64,000 nucleotides of DNA. Source: an uncultured Chloroflexia bacterium (GTDB lineage: Bacteria > Chloroflexota > Limnocylindria > Limnocylindrales > CSP1-4). The stretch's first letter is position 1, and every line of letters begins with the position of its first letter. Shown here piece after piece: positions 28,252 through 38,644 of this stretch. Both the position numbers and the translations under genes were made by a program. The stretch lies in contig CAVWIK010000003.1 of the NCBI GenBank assembly GCA_963755115.1, forward strand, positions 91,149 through 155,148, in the 5' to 3' direction. The notes beneath the pieces were generated by a model that ran no database searches, had not been told where the DNA came from, and saw only the letters and a list, made by a program, of their open reading frames with translations.

Positions 28252-29183
28252 GCGGTACGTCCAGTCGGGTCGAGGCTGCGCGCGAGCGCGTCCAGCCAGC
28301 TGCCTTGGGTGGTCAATCGGATGTGGCGGATGCCGAGACGGCGGAACTCCGCGGCGACCGCGGCACGTTCGGCCGTGGCGGCGTCGTCGAACGCCGCCCG
28401 CAGGCGGCGGTCGCCGGTGTCGACACGGAGCGTGCGTCCGGTCTCGGGGTCGATGAGCGTCAGCTCGCCGACGTCGACGAGGGCGTCCTCGCGCGGGTCG
28501 GCGATCTCGATGGCCACGACGGTGTGCCGGCCGGCGACGGCCGTCAGCGGCGTCCGCCAATCGAGCGGCCCGCGGAAGTCCGAGATGATCGCGACGAGCC
28601 CCGCCGTGGTGCGCGACGTCGCGACCGTATGCAAGGCCCGGGCGACCGTCGAGCGGCCGCCGCCCTCCTCGGGTGGCTGGGTCGCGAGCGCCCGGAGGAG
28701 TCCGAGCATGCCCTTGCGGCCGCCCGCGGGCGGGACGACGGTCTCGCGACCGGCCCCGAACGTGATGACGCCGAGGCGGTCGGAGCGGCGCGAGACATAT
28801 CGGCCGACGACGAGCGCGGCCCCTTCGGCCACGTCGGCCTTGCGGCGGTCCGCCGTCCCGAAGTGCATCGACGCGGACGTGTCGAGCAGCAGCCAGGCCG
28901 TGAGCTGGCGGTCCGGGACGTCCTCGCGCACCTGTGGCACGAGGCTGCGAGCCGTGGCGTTCCAGTCGATGCGACGGACGTCGTCGCCGGCCTCGTACGG
29001 CCGGAGCCGGTCGAGATCGAGCCCCAGGCCGAGACCGGAGCCGCGATGATCGCCGACCATCCGGCCGCCGACCCGCCGGCCCATGGCCAGCTCGAGTCGT
29101 CGGACGAGGTCGTCCGCGATCGGACCGGGCCCGGGCCGTGCCGGCGTCCGGGGCGCGCCCGCGATCCGGGCGAGGTCGGTCAC
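28248..29183 (-). CDS. DUF58-domain protein
   Basis: 'LRPYEAGDDVRRIDWNATAR' is the DUF58 signature, followed by a VWA-like 'LLLDTSASM'. It has 4-nt overlaps with both neighbours. Confidence 0.85.
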   Translation of the reverse strand: MTDLARIAGAPRTPARPGPGPIADDLVRRLELAMGRRVGGRMVGDHRGSGLGLGLDLDRLRPYEAGDDVRRIDWNATARSLVPQVREDVPDRQLTAWLLLDTSASMHFGTADRRKADVAEGAALVVGRYVSRRSDRLGVITFGAGRETVVPPAGGRKGMLGLLRALATQPPEEGGGRSTVARALHTVATSRTTAGLVAIISDFRGPLDWRTPLTAVAGRHTVVAIEIADPREDALVDVGELTLIDPETGRTLRVDTGDRRLRAAFDDAATAERAAVAAEFRRLGIRHIRLTTQGSWLDALARSLDPTGRTA

Positions 29184-30217
29184 GCCGTGGGCTCCACCGC
29201 GAACTCGAGGCGCGGAGCCGGCACGAGGGCGGCCACCCGGGCGATGACCGAGTCCGGGGTGATGCCGTCCGCGAGCGCCGCGTAGCTCATCACGAGCCGA
29301 TGGCGCAGGACGTCGGGCGCGAGCTCCGTGATGTCCGACGGCAGCACGTAGCGGCGACCGCGCAGCATCGCGAGGGCGCGCGCCCCGTGGATGAGGTTGA
29401 TGGATCCGCGCGGGCTCGCGCCGTAGGACACGTACGACTCGAGCTCGGGCGCGCCCCAGTAGGTGAGCTTGCGCGTCGCCTCGACGAGGGCCACGGCGTA
29501 GCTCACGAGGCGCGGGTCGACGTAGACGTCGTCCAGGCGCTTCTGGAGGTCGCGCAGCCCCGCGGCGTCGAGGACCTCGCGCACGGGCGCGGGCTCGCGC
29601 AGCGAGCGCGTCACGACCTGGGCCTCCTCGGCGGCGGTCGGGTAGCCGAGCAGGATCTTGAGCATGAACCGGTCGACCTGGGCCTCCGGGAGCGGGTAGG
29701 TGCCTTCGGCCTCGATCGGGTTCTCCGTCGCGAGCACGATGAACGGCGCCGGGACCGGGTAGGTCTCGTGACCGATCGTCACCTGGCGCTCCTGCATCAC
29801 CTCGAGCAGCGCGGACTGGACCTTGGCCGGCGCGCGGTTGATCTCGTCGGCGAGGAGGAAGTTGGCGAAGACCGGCCCGAGCTCGGTGTCGAACGTGCCG
29901 CGGTCGGGGCGGTAGATGCGCGTGCCCACGAGATCCGACGGCATGAGGTCCGGGGTGAACTGGATGCGGCTGAAGGAGCCGCCGAGGACCTCGGCGAGGG
30001 TCTTGATGGTCAGGGTCTTGGCGAGCCCGGGGACGCCCTCGAGGAGGACGTGACCGCCGGCGAACAGGCCGACGAGGATGCGCTCGAGCATCGCGTCCTG
30101 GCCGACGATGATCCGCCGGACCTCGAAGAGGATGGCCTCACCGATGGCGCGCGGATCGGCGGGGTCTGGGACGGCGCGCAGGTCGCGCTGGGGCTCGGTC
30201 GGCGTGGTCTGGGTCAT
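29180..30217 (-). CDS. MoxR-family AAA+ ATPase
   Basis: Walker A 'LEGVPGLAKT', Walker B 'LLADEINRAPAK' and 'VLATENPIEAEGTYPLPEAQVDRF'. Confidence 0.9.
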   Translation of the reverse strand: MTQTTPTEPQRDLRAVPDPADPRAIGEAILFEVRRIIVGQDAMLERILVGLFAGGHVLLEGVPGLAKTLTIKTLAEVLGGSFSRIQFTPDLMPSDLVGTRIYRPDRGTFDTELGPVFANFLLADEINRAPAKVQSALLEVMQERQVTIGHETYPVPAPFIVLATENPIEAEGTYPLPEAQVDRFMLKILLGYPTAAEEAQVVTRSLREPAPVREVLDAAGLRDLQKRLDDVYVDPRLVSYAVALVEATRKLTYWGAPELESYVSYGASPRGSINLIHGARALAMLRGRRYVLPSDITELAPDVLRHRLVMSYAALADGITPDSVIARVAALVPAPRLEFAVEPTA

Positions 30218-30337
30218 GGCGGCTCATCTCACAGATGCGGTGTGGTGGGTCGGATGGCTCGATGTCCAGCCGGGAGGTCCCAGTATCGCGACCGTTCCTG
30301 AAGACACGGTGAGAGGGCCGATATGGAAATCTGAATA

Positions 30338-32584
30338 TCACCGCGGTCGGTCGGGGTCCGCTCCGTGGTCATCCTGGAGGGCTGCCCACACGCGTCGGGG
30401 CGTCATCGGGAGCTCGTGGAGGCGGATGCCGGTCGCGGCCCTGACCGCGTTCGCGATGGCGGCGGGACCCGCGAGGATCGGGGCCTCGCCGACCCCCTTG
30501 GCCCCGAACGGGCCCTCGGGCGCGGGCACGGCGACGATGTCGGTCTCGATCGGCGGGAGCATCGACGCACGAGGCATCGCGTAGTCGAGGAACGTCCCGG
30601 TAAGCAGCTGGCCATGGTCGTCGTGGACGAGCCCTTCGCACAGGGCGCGGCCGATCGACTGGACCGCGGCACCGATCATCTGGCCCTCCACCAGCGCCGG
30701 GTTGAGGGCACGCCCGACATCCTGGGTCACGACGTAGTCGAGCAGCTGGACGACGCCGGTCTCCCGATCGACGCGGACGTGGGCCAGGTGGCCGGCGGCC
30801 GATGGTGCCCCGACGGCATGCGCCGTGGCGGCGTGGCCCTCGATCGGCGGGTGGGGGCTCGCGAAGTCGTCGAAGCCGGCCACGATGTCGGCGATCGGAC
30901 GCCCGAGGTCCGGCGAGCCGATCGGTCGGATGACGCCCTCGACGATCTCGATGTCGAGCGGGTCGATCTCGAGCTCGTCGGCGGCGACCCGGATCAGGTG
31001 GTCGCGGGCCTCTGCGGCGGCGCCCTGGACGGCCGGGCCGACACCGTACGTGATCGCGCTCCCGGCGCTCCACGGCGCGTACGGCGCCGCGGAGGTGTCG
31101 GCGGTCGTGACGGTCACCATGTCGAGCGGGACGCCGATCGTCTCGGCCGCGATCATGGCCAGGCCGGTCGAGCTGCCGCTCATGTCGACGGCACCGGTGA
31201 TGACGGTGACCCGCCCGTCGGTCTCGATCCGGCAGATGGCGCTCGACGGCGCCTTGACCCCCGGCCACACGCCGACCGCCAGGCCGACCCCTTCATCGGC
31301 GGGAAGATCGCCCCGGCGCTGCCAGAGGTCGTGGGCCGCCAACCGGTCCAGGCACTCGCGCGCCCCGATCCGCGGCCACGGCTCGCCGTCGATATCGAGC
31401 TCGCCGTCCTCGACGAGGTTCATCCGGCGAAGGTCGGCGGCATCCATCCCCAGGCGACCGGCGAGTTCGTCGACCAGCGACTCGAGGGCGAAGACGCCCT
31501 GCGGTCCGGTGGGGGCGCGGTAGTTCCCCGCCCCGAAGCGGTTCGTCCGCACCCCGACCGACACGACGTCGGACGCCGGCCAGCGATAGGGGCCGCTGAT
31601 CAGCTTCGCCGCGAACCACGCCCACGAGTCCTCTGGGTAGGCGCCGTCGTCGTAGACGATCCGGGCCTCGAGGGCCTCGAAGCGACCGTCCGCCCTCGCC
31701 CCGATCCGCAGGTCGACGGTGAGGCCCGGGGAGGGATTCGTCGCCGCGATGTCCTCGCTGCGGGTCAGCACGAGCTGGACGGGTCGCCGGAGCGCGAGGG
31801 TCGCGGCGGCGACCAGGGGCTCGACCACCATCACCTTCGAGCCGAACCCGCCCCCCAGGGGCGACGGGATCACCCGGACCTTCGAGCTCGGGAGCCCGAA
31901 GATCGTGGCGAGCTCGTTGCGGGTGAAGAACGTCGCCTGGGTGCCGCTGCGCACGGTCAGCGTCCCGTCGGGCTCGATCCAGGCGGTCGCCGCGTGCGGC
32001 TCCAGATAGCCCTGGTAGGCCCAGGCCGATCCGAACGATCCCTCGACGACCGCAGCGCACCGCTCGAGCGCGCCCTGGGCGTCGCCGTTCGTGGTGCGCT
32101 CGCGGCTGTGCACGTTCCCGGCCGTCATGTGGCGATGGACCTGCGGCAAGTCGGACGTCATCGCCTCGGTGATGCGCACGATGGGCGGCAGCGGCTCGAG
32201 GTCGACCAGCACCAGGCCGGCCGCGTCCTCGGCGATGGACGCGGTCTCGGCGATGACGAGCGCGATGGGCTGCCCCGCGAAGACCGCCTCGCCCGTCGCG
32301 AGCGGGGCGTATCGGCGCTCCTCGCCCTGTCCCACGATCGGGAGGTCCGCCGCCGCGAGGACCGCGACCACGCCCGGGATGGCCAGCGCGGCCGTCGGGT
32401 CGATGCCGCGGATCCGAGCATGGGCGTACACGCTCGGGACGATCCGCGCGTGGAGGCACCCCGGGACCCCGATATCGGCGGCGTAGCGGGTCACGCCGGC
32501 GACCTTGTCGCGGCCGTCGACGCGCGGCGAGCGGCGGCCGATCACGTCGTACTTGTCGGCCAGGCCCGGTGGCGTCACCCGCAT
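30338..32584 (-). CDS. Xanthine dehydrogenase / aldehyde oxidase-family molybdopterin-binding large subunit
   Basis: 'VDGRDKVAGVTRYAADI', 'GGGFGSK', 'GAGNYRAPTGPQGVFALES' and 'GVGEAPI'. The 748-aa ORF is uninterrupted. Confidence 0.9.
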   Translation of the reverse strand: MRVTPPGLADKYDVIGRRSPRVDGRDKVAGVTRYAADIGVPGCLHARIVPSVYAHARIRGIDPTAALAIPGVVAVLAAADLPIVGQGEERRYAPLATGEAVFAGQPIALVIAETASIAEDAAGLVLVDLEPLPPIVRITEAMTSDLPQVHRHMTAGNVHSRERTTNGDAQGALERCAAVVEGSFGSAWAYQGYLEPHAATAWIEPDGTLTVRSGTQATFFTRNELATIFGLPSSKVRVIPSPLGGGFGSKVMVVEPLVAAATLALRRPVQLVLTRSEDIAATNPSPGLTVDLRIGARADGRFEALEARIVYDDGAYPEDSWAWFAAKLISGPYRWPASDVVSVGVRTNRFGAGNYRAPTGPQGVFALESLVDELAGRLGMDAADLRRMNLVEDGELDIDGEPWPRIGARECLDRLAAHDLWQRRGDLPADEGVGLAVGVWPGVKAPSSAICRIETDGRVTVITGAVDMSGSSTGLAMIAAETIGVPLDMVTVTTADTSAAPYAPWSAGSAITYGVGPAVQGAAAEARDHLIRVAADELEIDPLDIEIVEGVIRPIGSPDLGRPIADIVAGFDDFASPHPPIEGHAATAHAVGAPSAAGHLAHVRVDRETGVVQLLDYVVTQDVGRALNPALVEGQMIGAAVQSIGRALCEGLVHDDHGQLLTGTFLDYAMPRASMLPPIETDIVAVPAPEGPFGAKGVGEAPILAGPAAIANAVRAATGIRLHELPMTPRRVWAALQDDHGADPDRPR

Positions 32585-32726
32585 CCCTCTCCTCCGACGC
32601 GAGCATACGTCGCGGACGGTGTCGTCAAGGTGCGCCGGCAGCAGCCGTCATCGCGGAGGGAGGAGGCGGGCCGGACCGGGGAGGAGGACCAGGTCCGGCC
32701 CGCGAGGTGAAGCGACGTGAACGGGA

Positions 32727-34248
32727 TCAGAGGCCGTGCGCGAGGTGGTAGTAGAGGTCGTTCCAGCGGAGCTGGTCGCGGAAGCGGTCGAGCTGGGTGG
32801 TCGCATCGATGAGGACGAACTCGACCCGGACATCGCGGCGAAGTCCGCGGAGATGCTCGGGGGTGACCGCGTAGCCGAGGCTCGTGTGGTGCGACCCGCC
32901 GGCGTAGATCCAGGCGGCGGCGTTCGTCTCGAGGTCCGGCCGCGGTCGCCACAGCGCCCGAGCGACCGGCAGCCTGCGGGAGGCGGCTGCTCGGGCTCGA
33001 CGACGTCGACGACCGTGGCGACCATGCCGGAACCGCGTCGCCCATGTCGGTGATCGCCGCCGCGACGGCGGCGCCCGCGTGGGCGTCGAAGACGAGCCGG
33101 ACCGGGATCGGCCTTGCCGCCGATCGAGAGCGGGTGGACCTCGAGGCTCGGGCGACCCGCGGCGATCGACTCGCAGACCTCGAGCATGTGCGCGCCGAGA
33201 CTCAGGTCGCCGTCGGCGCTGAGGTGGTAGGTGTAGTCCTCCATGAACGAGACGCCGCCGGGCAGGCCCGCGCGTCATGACCTTCATGGCGCGCACCATC
33301 GAGGCGGTCTTCCAGTCGCCCTCGGCGCCGAAGCCGTAGCCGTCGCGCATCAGCCGCTGGGCGGCGAGACCCGGCAGCTGGGTCAGGCCGTGGAGGTCCT
33401 CGAAGGTGGTGGTGAAGGCGCTGAACCCGCCGTCGTCGAGGAAGCCGGCGGAGGCCGATCTCGATCCGGGCGCCGTCGCGCAGCGAGCCGGCGCACGCGT
33501 GCGCCCGGCAGCAGGACCGGGTCGACGTCGTACTCGTCGAGGTAGACGCCGACGAGGGCGTCGACCTCGGCGTCGGTGACGCTCGTCGATGACGCGCGAC
33601 GAGGTCGCCGACCCCGTAGGTGTTGACGCTGAAGCCGAGACGGCGCTGTGGCCTCGACCTTGTCGCCCTCGGTGACCGCGACCTCGCGCATGTTGTCGCC
33701 GAACCGGGCGATCCGGCCGGTCTCCCAGTCGCGCCTCGCGCAGGCCGCCCGGGTCCAGGCGCCGATCCGCTCGTGGACCTCGGTCGTCGGTCCAGTGGCC
33801 CACGACGACCTTGTGCTCGAGCCGCAGGCGGGCGGCGATGAACCCGAACTCCCGGTCGCCGTGGGCGGCCTGGTTGAGGTTCATGAAGTCCATGTCGATC
33901 GCGTCCCAGGGGATCTCGCCGTGGTACTGCGTATGCAGATGGAGCAGCGGGCGCTGCAGGGCCGTCGAGCCCGCGCGATCCACATCTTGGCCGGCGAGAA
34001 CGTGTGCATCCAGGCGATGATGCCGACGCAGGCCGGGGTCCGCGTTGGCCGCCAGGACAGACCGCCTGGATCCCGTCGGCATCGGTCACGACCGGTCGGG
34101 CCACGACGCGCACGGGGATCGACGACGACGCATCGAGGGCGGCCGCGACCTCCGTCGCGTGCCGGCCACCGTCTCGATGCGTCTCCGGGCCGTAGAGGTG
34201 CTGGCTGCCGGTGACGAACCAAACCTCGTAGGAACCGAGGTCGCGCAT
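32727..34248 (-). pseudogene. araA: L-arabinose isomerase, about a dozen or more frame switches
   Basis: Canonical AraA blocks are all present but scattered over the three minus frames: 'YEVWFVTGSQHLYGPE', 'IIAWMHTFSPAKMWI', '[20 protein letters not shown]', '[17 protein letters not shown]', '[13 protein letters not shown]', '[38 protein letters not shown]', 'FMEDYTYH', 'HMLEVC', '[10 protein letters not shown]'. Span is 1522 nt, not a multiple of 3. Confidence 0.85.
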
Positions 34249-34274
34249 GGCGGGACTCCTCCGGATTCGCGGGG

Positions 34275-34922
34275 CTGCTGGCCGTAGGCCGAGGTGTAGC
34301 GGTGGTGGAGCCGGTCGACGGCCTCGTCCGGACAGGCGTTCCGGGGTCCCGATCTGGAGGGCGGCCCAGACGGTCGCGGCGACGTCCTCGACCATGACGG
34401 CCGCCTTGACCGCGGCCAGGCCGTCCGGCCCGACCGTGAACACGCCGTGATTGCGGAGCAGGATGGCCGGGCGAGCGTCCGATCCCCTCGACGACGAGCG
34501 CGCCGATGGCGTCGTCGCCGATGAAGGCGAAGCCGGCGCATGGGATCTCGCCACCGAACTCGTCGGCCTGGGCGGTCAGGTAGACGGGGATCGGCCGGCC
34601 GACCGCGGCGAAGGCCGTGGCGTAGCGGGAATGCGTGTGGACGATGCCGTTGACGTCGGGGCGGTGGCGGTAGATGTACAGGTGGCTCGACGTGTCCGAG
34701 GACGGCTGGAACGCCCCTTCGACGATCCGCCCGTCGAGGTCGACCACGACCATCGATCCGGCGGTCAGGTCGGCATAGCGGACGCCGGACGGCTTGATCG
34801 CGACGAGCCCCGTCTCGGGGTCGCGCACGCTGACGTTGCCGCCGGTCCAGGCGACCAGCCCGTTGCGCGGCAGCTCGGCGTGCAGCTCGACGAGCTGCTC
34901 GCGCAGCGACTTCGAGGCGCAT
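34275..34922 (-). pseudogene. araD: L-ribulose-5-phosphate 4-epimerase, several frame switches, no in-frame stop found
   Basis: 'LREQLVELHAELPRNGLVAWTGGNVSVRDPETGLVAIKPSGV', 'HLYIYRHRPDVNGIVHTHSRYATAFA', 'AILLRNHGVFTVGPD' and 'VDRLHHRYTSAYGQ' lie in different frames. The ATG at 34922 is out of frame with the next block. Confidence 0.75.
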
Positions 34923-34924
34923 CG

Positions 34925-36641
34925 TCAGACCTCCACGGCGACGGGCGCGGAGCGCGCGCGGGCGCGCAGGCGCGCGCAGCGTCTTCATCACGTCGTTCTC
35001 GCCCCGTCCGAAGTAGTCGTGGAGCCGCAGGTACTCGCGGTAGAGGACGTCGTAGACCGCGCGGTTCGCCGGGATCGGCGCGGTAGACCTCGTCCCGCAG
35101 CCGGGCCATCGCGAGGGCGGCGTCCTCGATCGTGGCGTGTCCGCCGGCCGCGGCGCCGGCGGCGACGGCCCCGAACATGGCCGACCCGAGGGCCGGCGTC
35201 TGGTCCGAGGCGCTGAGCGCGGAACGGGCGCCCGGTCACGTCGGCGTAGATCTGGAGGATCAGCGGGCTCTTCTCGGCGAGACCGCCGCACGCGACGATG
35301 TCGTGGATCGGGCACGCCGTTGGCCTCGAACGTCTCGACGATCACGCGCGTCCCGTAGGCGGTCGCCTCGATCAGCGCCCGGTAGACCTCCTCGGGCGTG
35401 GTCGCCAGCGTCGCCCCGACGAGCAGCCCGCTGAGCGCCGCGTCGACGAGGATCGACCGGTTGCCGTTCCACCAGTCGAGCGCCAGCAGGCCGGACTCGC
35501 CGACGCCCTGGCGGGCGGCCTTCTCCTGGAGCAGGGCGTGGATGTCGATGCCCGCGGGCACGGGCTTCGTCGTGGTACGCCGGCGGGCAGCCCCTGCTCG
35601 ACGAACCAGCAGAAGTGGTCGCCGACGCAGGACTGGCCGGCCTCGTAGCCGAACCAGGCCGGGGATGATGCCGTCCTCGACGCAGCCGCACATGCCCGGG
35701 CACCGTCCGCTCGTCCGGCGCGAGGACCATGTGGCAGGTCGAGGTGCCCATGATCATGACCATGCGGCCCGGCTCGGTGACCGTGGCCGCCGGGACCGCG
35801 ACGTGCGCGTCGACGTTCGCGATCGCCACCGCGGTCCCCGGTCGCAGTCCGGTCCACGCCGCCGCCTCGGCGGACAGGCCGCCGGCCCGCTCGCCGGCGC
35901 TGCGGCAGATCGCGGCGCATCTTCGTCGTCGACGACGTCGGCGAAGGCCGGGTCGAGGGCGCCGAAGAAGGCCGCGTCCGGGAACCCGTCGCGCTTCGAC
36001 CACATCGCCTTGTAGCCGGCGGTGCACGCGTTCCGCGTCTCGACGCCGGTCAGCTGCCAGACGACCCAGTCGGCCGCCTCGATCAGCCGGTCGGCGGCGG
36101 CGTAGACCTCGGGGGCCTCGTCGAGGATCTGGAGCGCCTTCGCGAAGAACCACTCCGATGAGATCTTGCCCCCGTAGCGGTCGAGCCAGTGCCTGCCCGG
36201 TCGCCAGCGCGACCTCGTTGATCCGGTCGGCCTCGGGCTGCGCCGCGTGGTGCTTCCAGAGCTTGACCCAGGCGTGCGGGTTCGAGCGGTACGCCGGCAG
36301 CATGGCAGAGCGCCGTGCCGTCGGCCGTCGCGGGCAGCATCGTGCAGGACGTGAAGTCGATCCCGATGCCGATGATGTCGGCCGGGTCGACGCCCGGCCG
36401 CGCGGACCACGGCCGGGACGGCGCGGCTGGAAGACCGACAGGTAGTCGTCGGGATCCTGGAGGGCCCAGTCGGGCGGCAGGACCACGTCGTCGTGCGGGA
36501 CGGGGAGGCGCTCGTCGATGACGCCGTTGCCGTACGGCTCGACGGCCGTGGCGAGCTGCCGCGCCGTCGGAGACGTCGACGAGGACGGCGCGTCCCGGAC
36601 TCGGTCCCGAAATCGACACCGATCGCGTACCTCGCCACCAT
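34925..36641 (-). pseudogene. araB: Ribulokinase (FGGY family), many frame switches
   Basis: '[16 protein letters not shown]', 'WALQDPDDY', '[25 protein letters not shown]', '[22 protein letters not shown]', 'VVWQLTGVETRNACTAGYKAMW', 'MVMIMGTSTCHMVLA', 'LALDWWNGNRSILVD' and 'YREYLRLHDYFGRGENDVMKTL' are spread over all three minus frames. Confidence 0.8.
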
Positions 36642-36721
36642 CCGTAGACTCCAGTTGTGGCTCCGCCGACGGTGGCGGACGGCCCTCGGATGCGTTAGGA
36701 CTTGCCGTTCTGCCGGGACAC

Positions 36722-36741
36722 CGTTATCGTTCCCGATAACG
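36722..36741. promoter_or_regulatory. Perfect 8-4-8 inverted repeat CGTTATCG-TTCC-CGATAACG in the araB / lacI-type divergent intergenic region (candidate LacI-family operator)
   Basis: Read directly at 36722-36729 and 36734-36741. It lies 81 nt upstream of the araB ATG (36641) and about 95 nt upstream of the regulator HTH. Confidence 0.45.
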
Positions 36742-36837
36742 TTCACGGTGCACGATACCGTAGCAGTCGATCGGTGCCGAGGCAAGCCTAGACCAGCCGC
36801 CATCCGGGGATCGACGAGTTGCACGTCCACGGCACGG

Positions 36838-37927
36838 ATCACGATCAAGGAGATCGCCCGCATGTGCGGCGTCTCCACGCAGACGGTGTCGCGCGTCATC
36901 AACAAACGCCCGGACGTCTCGCCGCAGACCCGCGAGGCCGTCGAGGCGGCGATCGCCGCGACCGGGTTCCAGCCGAGCGCCGTCGCGCGCAGCCTCGTCC
37001 AGCGACGGTCGCAGACGCTCGGCGTGGTCGTGGCCGGGCTGCGCTACTTCGGGGTGGCCCAGACCCTCAACGGGATCACCGAGGAGGCCCAGGCGGCCGG
37101 CTATGGCGCTCCTGCTCAAGGAGATCGACAGCACCGAAACGGTCGACATCGTGCCGGTCATCGACTTCATGATGGCGCACCGGGTCGAGGGCATCATCTT
37201 CGCCGCTCCCCAGATCGGCGACCAACATCGAGGCCGCGCGCGCGCAGCTGCCGAGCGCGTCGCCGCCGGTGGTCTTCCTGAAGTCGGAGCCCACCCCGGC
37301 ATTCTCGACGATCGTCATCGACAACTACGGCGGGGCGCAGCTCGCGACGCGACACCTGCTCGCGCTCGGGCGGCGCCGGATCGGCCACCTGGCGGGCCCC
37401 CTGCCATGGCACGAGGCGCAGGATCGCCATGACGGCTGGCGGGACGACGCTCCGCGAGGCCGGGGTGGAACCCGGAGCCGTGGTCGCCGGGCACGTGGTC
37501 GGCGGAGAGCGGCGTGGCGGCCTTCGAGGCGTTGCTCGGACTCGACCCCGGGCTCGATGGCGTGTTCGTCGGCAACGACCAGATGGCGCTCGGAGTGCTG
37601 CGCGTGGCGCATGCGCGCGGGATCGCGGTGCCGGACGATCTCGCGGTCGTCGGCTTCGACGGGCTCGACGAGGGCGCGCAGTTCACGCCCTCGCTCACGA
37701 CCGTCGTCCAGCCGCTCCGGGAGCTCGGCGAGCTGGCCGTCCGCGAGGTGACGGCAGCGACGAGCGATCGGTCCGATGCATCGGCCATCCGCACCCAGGT
37801 GCTGGCGACCCAGCTGGTCGTGCGCGAGAGCGCCCCGGCGATCCCGGTGACCGCCACCGTCGCGAGCGAGCCGAGCGCCCGAGCCCACACCCGCGCGGCG
37901 AGCCGGACCTCGGCGAGCACCGGCTGA
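36838..37927 (+). pseudogene. LacI-family transcriptional regulator (candidate AraR), at least 4 frame switches; start codon unresolved
   Basis: HTH 'ITIKEIARMCGVSTQTVSRVINKRPDVSPQTREAVEAAIAATGFQPSAVARSL' is followed by periplasmic-binding-fold blocks in other frames: 'LGVVVAGLRYFG', 'VEGIIFAAPQ', 'VVFLKSEP..STIVIDNYGGAQLATRHLLALGRRRIGHLAGP', 'DGVFVGNDQMALGVLRVAHARGIAVPDDLAVVGFD', 'LTTVVQP'. Confidence 0.75.
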
Positions 37928-37992
37928 GGCCGATCGCCACGCCATCCGCCGCGGGAGCGCCCCGGCGGCGACCCTCCCGGAGTGATCGCCCG

Positions 37993-38445
37993 TCAGGCGG
38001 CGGCGACCCAGGACGCATAGACCGGCGGCCAGTCGTCGGCCGTGGCCCGCGTCCCGAGGATGGCCCCGTCCACGGAGAACTCGAACAGGGCGTACGTGTC
38101 GTCCGCCTCGAAGTACCACGCCTCGGCGACCGTGCTGCGCTCGCCGGCATCGGTGACGAGCCGGGCCCGCCCGCGGATCGAGAACTCGCTCGGCGCCGCA
38201 GGGTCCTGATGGGTGTGCATCGCGTAGCGGCCGTCCCGCTCGAGGTCCACGCGCTTGGGTCCGCGCAGGATGAAGGCGTACAGCCGCTCACCGACGATCG
38301 CGACGTAGATCGGGTGGATCCGCGGCGGCTCGTCGCCGCGAACCGTGGCGAGCAGGACCTCGCCGGTGTCGGTCCGGTAGATGAGGCGCCGCCCCTCAGT
38401 CGCGAGGTCGGGCGCCGCCGCCGCGAAGTCGCCCCACGTCACCAT
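37993..38445 (-). CDS. Pyridoxamine 5'-phosphate oxidase-like (split-barrel flavin/F420-binding) protein
   Basis: 'GEVLLATVRGDEPPRIHPIYVAIVGERLYAFILRGPKRVDLERDGRYAMH' matches a PNPOx-like fold pattern. 150 aa, uninterrupted. Confidence 0.75.
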   Translation of the reverse strand: MVTWGDFAAAAPDLATEGRRLIYRTDTGEVLLATVRGDEPPRIHPIYVAIVGERLYAFILRGPKRVDLERDGRYAMHTHQDPAAPSEFSIRGRARLVTDAGERSTVAEAWYFEADDTYALFEFSVDGAILGTRATADDWPPVYASWVAAA

Positions 38446-38606
38446 GCGAGATCACGGATCCGATCGTCGCGCATGCCGTCGCGCGAATCGACGCCCAGCG
38501 TGCTCGCCAGGATCCCGAGGACCACCAGCGCGGCGATGGCCGCGATGACCAGGAGCAGTCCGTCCATCTCCGTCTCCAGTTCCGCTGTGAGGGTTGATGG
38601 GTCCAT
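38439..38606 (-). CDS. Possible small single-TM protein (weak call)
   Basis: 'MDGLLLVIAAIAALVVLGILASTLGV' is one hydrophobic helix. It sits in the short gap between the PNPOx-like gene and the divergent MocR gene and could be spurious. Confidence 0.3.
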   Translation of the reverse strand: MDPSTLTAELETEMDGLLLVIAAIAALVVLGILASTLGVDSRDGMRDDRIRDLAW

Positions 38607-38644
38607 CGTGACGCACGACCGGTCCTCTGGTAAGGTCCGGTTCG

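Noticed and set aside
30338-32584. Carbon monoxide dehydrogenase large subunit (CoxL), suggested by the adjacent MoxR/VWA genes
   Set aside because: Neither the form I CoxL active-site signature (VAYRCSFR-type) nor the form II signature (AYRGAGR-type) is present. The loop reads 'GAGNYRAPTGPQG', a generic XDH-family sequence. coxM and coxS genes are absent.
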